From the NCBI RefSeq assembly GCF_006345805.1, contig NW_021827777.1, forward strand, positions 1 through 9,980: 9,980 bases of DNA, read 5' to 3'. The notes below the pieces were generated by a model that did not search any database, was not told the DNA's origin, and worked only from the letters and a program-made list of their open reading frames with translations. Position numbers and translations under genes: made by a program. Source of the stretch: Octopus sinensis. Lineage: Eukaryota. Shown here piece by piece: positions 7,781 to 9,980 of the stretch. The number at the start of each line of letters is the position of its first letter. Within the stretch, counting starts at the first letter, position 1.

Positions 7781-8030
7781 GTGTGTGTGTGAGAGAGAGA
7801 GGGGGGAGAGAGAGGGGAGAGAGGAGAGAGAGAGAGAGAAAGACTCTGTGTGTGTGTATAGATAGATAGATATTAATACCTACACATATGCACGTACATT
7901 CATATATATATATATATATATTATATATACATATATATACATATATATATAGAGAGAGAAACATGCGTCTATATATACATATATGTATATATACACATAT
8001 ATATATGTATATGAGCCAAAATTAACTTAA
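7781..8030. repeat. (GT)n/(GA)n followed by TA-rich microsatellite
   Basis: Direct reading. Confidence 0.9.
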
Positions 8031-8035
8031 CATAT

Positions 8036-8347
8036 ATATGTATGTATGTGTGTGTGTGTATATATACACACACACATACACACATATATATACACACACA
8101 CACACATATATACATACACACACATATACATATACACACACACACATACATATACACACACATATACATATATACACACATACATATACACACACACATA
8201 TACATATACACACACACACATATATACATACACACACATATACATATACACACACACACATACATATACACACACATATACATATATACACACATACATA
8301 TACACACACATATACATATACACACACACACATATATACATACACAC

Positions 8348-8405
<58 letters not shown>

Positions 8406-8425
8406 GGGCGGGTGTGTGTGTGTGT
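8036..8425. repeat. CA/TA compound microsatellite with 112-114-bp higher-order period
   Basis: The unit starting CATATATACATACACACACATATA begins at 8105, 8219 and 8331. Confidence 0.9.
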
Positions 8426-8489
8426 AATTACATAACGTGAGGTGGTAGTTATTTGTCCAAGTGTATCTGTCAATATGTTTTTAGGAGTG

Positions 8490-8580
8490 TTCGTGTGTGC
8501 ATGTATGTAATGTATGTATGTATGTACCTTGGTAGGTGGGTGAGCCGGTAGGTAAGTATGTAGGTAGGTACCTACGTATG
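8490..8580. repeat. Degenerate (TATG)n/(GGTA)n tetranucleotide tract
   Basis: Direct reading. Confidence 0.75.
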
Positions 8581-8743
8581 TGTCTGTATAAACGGGTGTG
8601 AATGCAAAAGTATTATTAAGTATGCGTGTGCGTGTGTATTTCTATGTATGTGTGTATAAATTCGTGTGACTATATCTGCTTCTCAATGTGCCTCTGTGGC
8701 TGTTCCTGTGAATGGTGATGTGTTTTAATTAACTCGTTTTTAG

Positions 8744-8803
8744 CCCGCCGTAAACATGTATTTGATGCTCACCCAACGTACAACGCACCCGACCGTGAGG
8801 TAG
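8744..8803 (+). CDS. Candidate small internal exon (xRRKHVFDAHPTYNAPDRE[V]), product unknown
   Basis: Branch-like TTAAC and T-rich acceptor GTTTTTAG|. C/CpG-rich island against T/G-rich flanks. Donors GAG|GTAGGT (8799) and TAG|GTAAGT (8803). Open frame with a protein-like peptide; not identified. Confidence 0.45.
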   Translation, partial: PAVNMYLMLTQRTTHPTVR

Positions 8804-9024
8804 GTAAGTTGGCCATTGTTTTGAGTCGAATGATTGACACAGAAAGGCAGGATGTAGGGAAAAACATCTGCTGTTCAGTTCGTCTTTCTGGCTTTTGAAG
8901 AGGAGTGTAAAGCGACGACGGAGTAATTGTTAACTCAGTCAGTTGTGGTGACGTAATCTGGCAGCTTTGCACAACACCATGGTGGACACTTGCTAAGCAG
9001 GAACTGTATTATATAAGTGGACAG

Positions 9025-9050
9025 TGTGTATGTGTGTGTGTGTGTGTGTG
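9025..9050. repeat. (TG)n
   Basis: Direct reading. Confidence 0.9.
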
Positions 9051-9187
9051 TTAGATAGGGAGATAGGTAGGGAGAGAGGCAGGTAGGTAGAAAGACAAAG
9101 CAACATTCTAAGAGATACACGCTCACAGACAGATACATATATACACATATGCGCATATGTAAATACACACACAACTGTGAGTGTGTG

Positions 9188-9542
9188 AAGCGATGGTGGA
9201 GGGACAAACACAGTCATACACACAACACACACACACACACACAGATATAATATATAATATATATATATACATATATATATATAAAATATACACCCATAAT
9301 ATATATATATATATATACACACACATATATATAACATATATATACACACCATATATAACATACATATATATACATACATATATATACATATATATATATA
9401 TACATACATACACATATAGTATACATAAAATATACATATATATATATACATACATACATACATAATATATACATACACATACATATATACATACACATAC
9501 ATACATATACATACATACACATACATACTACATATACATACA

Positions 9543-9574
<32 letters not shown>

Positions 9575-9830
9575 CATACATACATCCATACATATACATA
9601 CATACATACGTACCTACCTATACATACGTACATACATACACACATACATACACACATACATACATACATATATACGACGGCTTCTTTCATTTTCCGTCTA
9701 CCAATCCACGCACAAGCTTTGTTGGCCCGAGGCTATAGTAGAGACTCTTGCCCAAGATGCCATGCAGTGGGACTGAACACAGATCCATGTGGTTGGGAAG
9801 CAAGCTACTTACCACACAGCCACTCCTGCC
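9188..9830 (-). mobile_element. SINE family C with intact head (9671-9830), greatly expanded internal microsatellite (about 9215-9670) and a remnant of the 3' half (9188-9213)
   Basis: Reverse complement head GGCAGGAGTGGCTGTGTGGTAAGTAGCTTGC...GAAAGAAGCCGTCGTATA. AAGCGATGGTGGAGGGACAAACACAG matches 5933-5958. Confidence 0.85.
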
Positions 9831-9831
9831 C

Positions 9832-9848
9832 TATATATATATATATAT
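9832..9848. repeat. (TA)n
   Basis: Direct reading. Confidence 0.85.
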
Positions 9849-9980
9849 AAGCATGAATCATGCTTGACTAATTCTCTTAAGTGTCAGAAAGTTGTGTAGA
9901 ATATAATCATTCTCTTGCTCGCCTACATTTGAATCCAATGGATTACCAGGTTAGGGTAATCGGTTCACGATTGTAAGGAC

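Noticed and set aside
7528-7869. 113-aa + strand ORF with a GTGAGT donor at 7777
   Set aside because: A-rich low-complexity composition, an in-frame stop after the best acceptor (7498), phase incompatible with the other candidates, and no recognisable homology.

Overview
Eukaryotic non-coding DNA, most likely intronic DNA of an octopus. The taxon call is inferred from recalled SINE families and extreme CA/TA microsatellite density, not from a search. About half the window is simple or compound microsatellite. Much of the rest is three tRNA-headed SINE families, called A, B and C here, present as full, truncated, tandem and nested copies on both strands. No ORF in the supplied track is credible as a gene: the long ones are mostly HT/CV/YI translations of dinucleotide repeats, and the rest are SINE or low-complexity DNA. 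Two short + strand candidate exons are phase-compatible (6400-6485, weak; 8744-8799/8803, moderate). The most notable feature is a complete minimal type I hammerhead ribozyme motif on the minus strand (6712-6775). It has a palindromic stem III, the architecture described for Penelope-like-element hammerheads that cleave as dimers.
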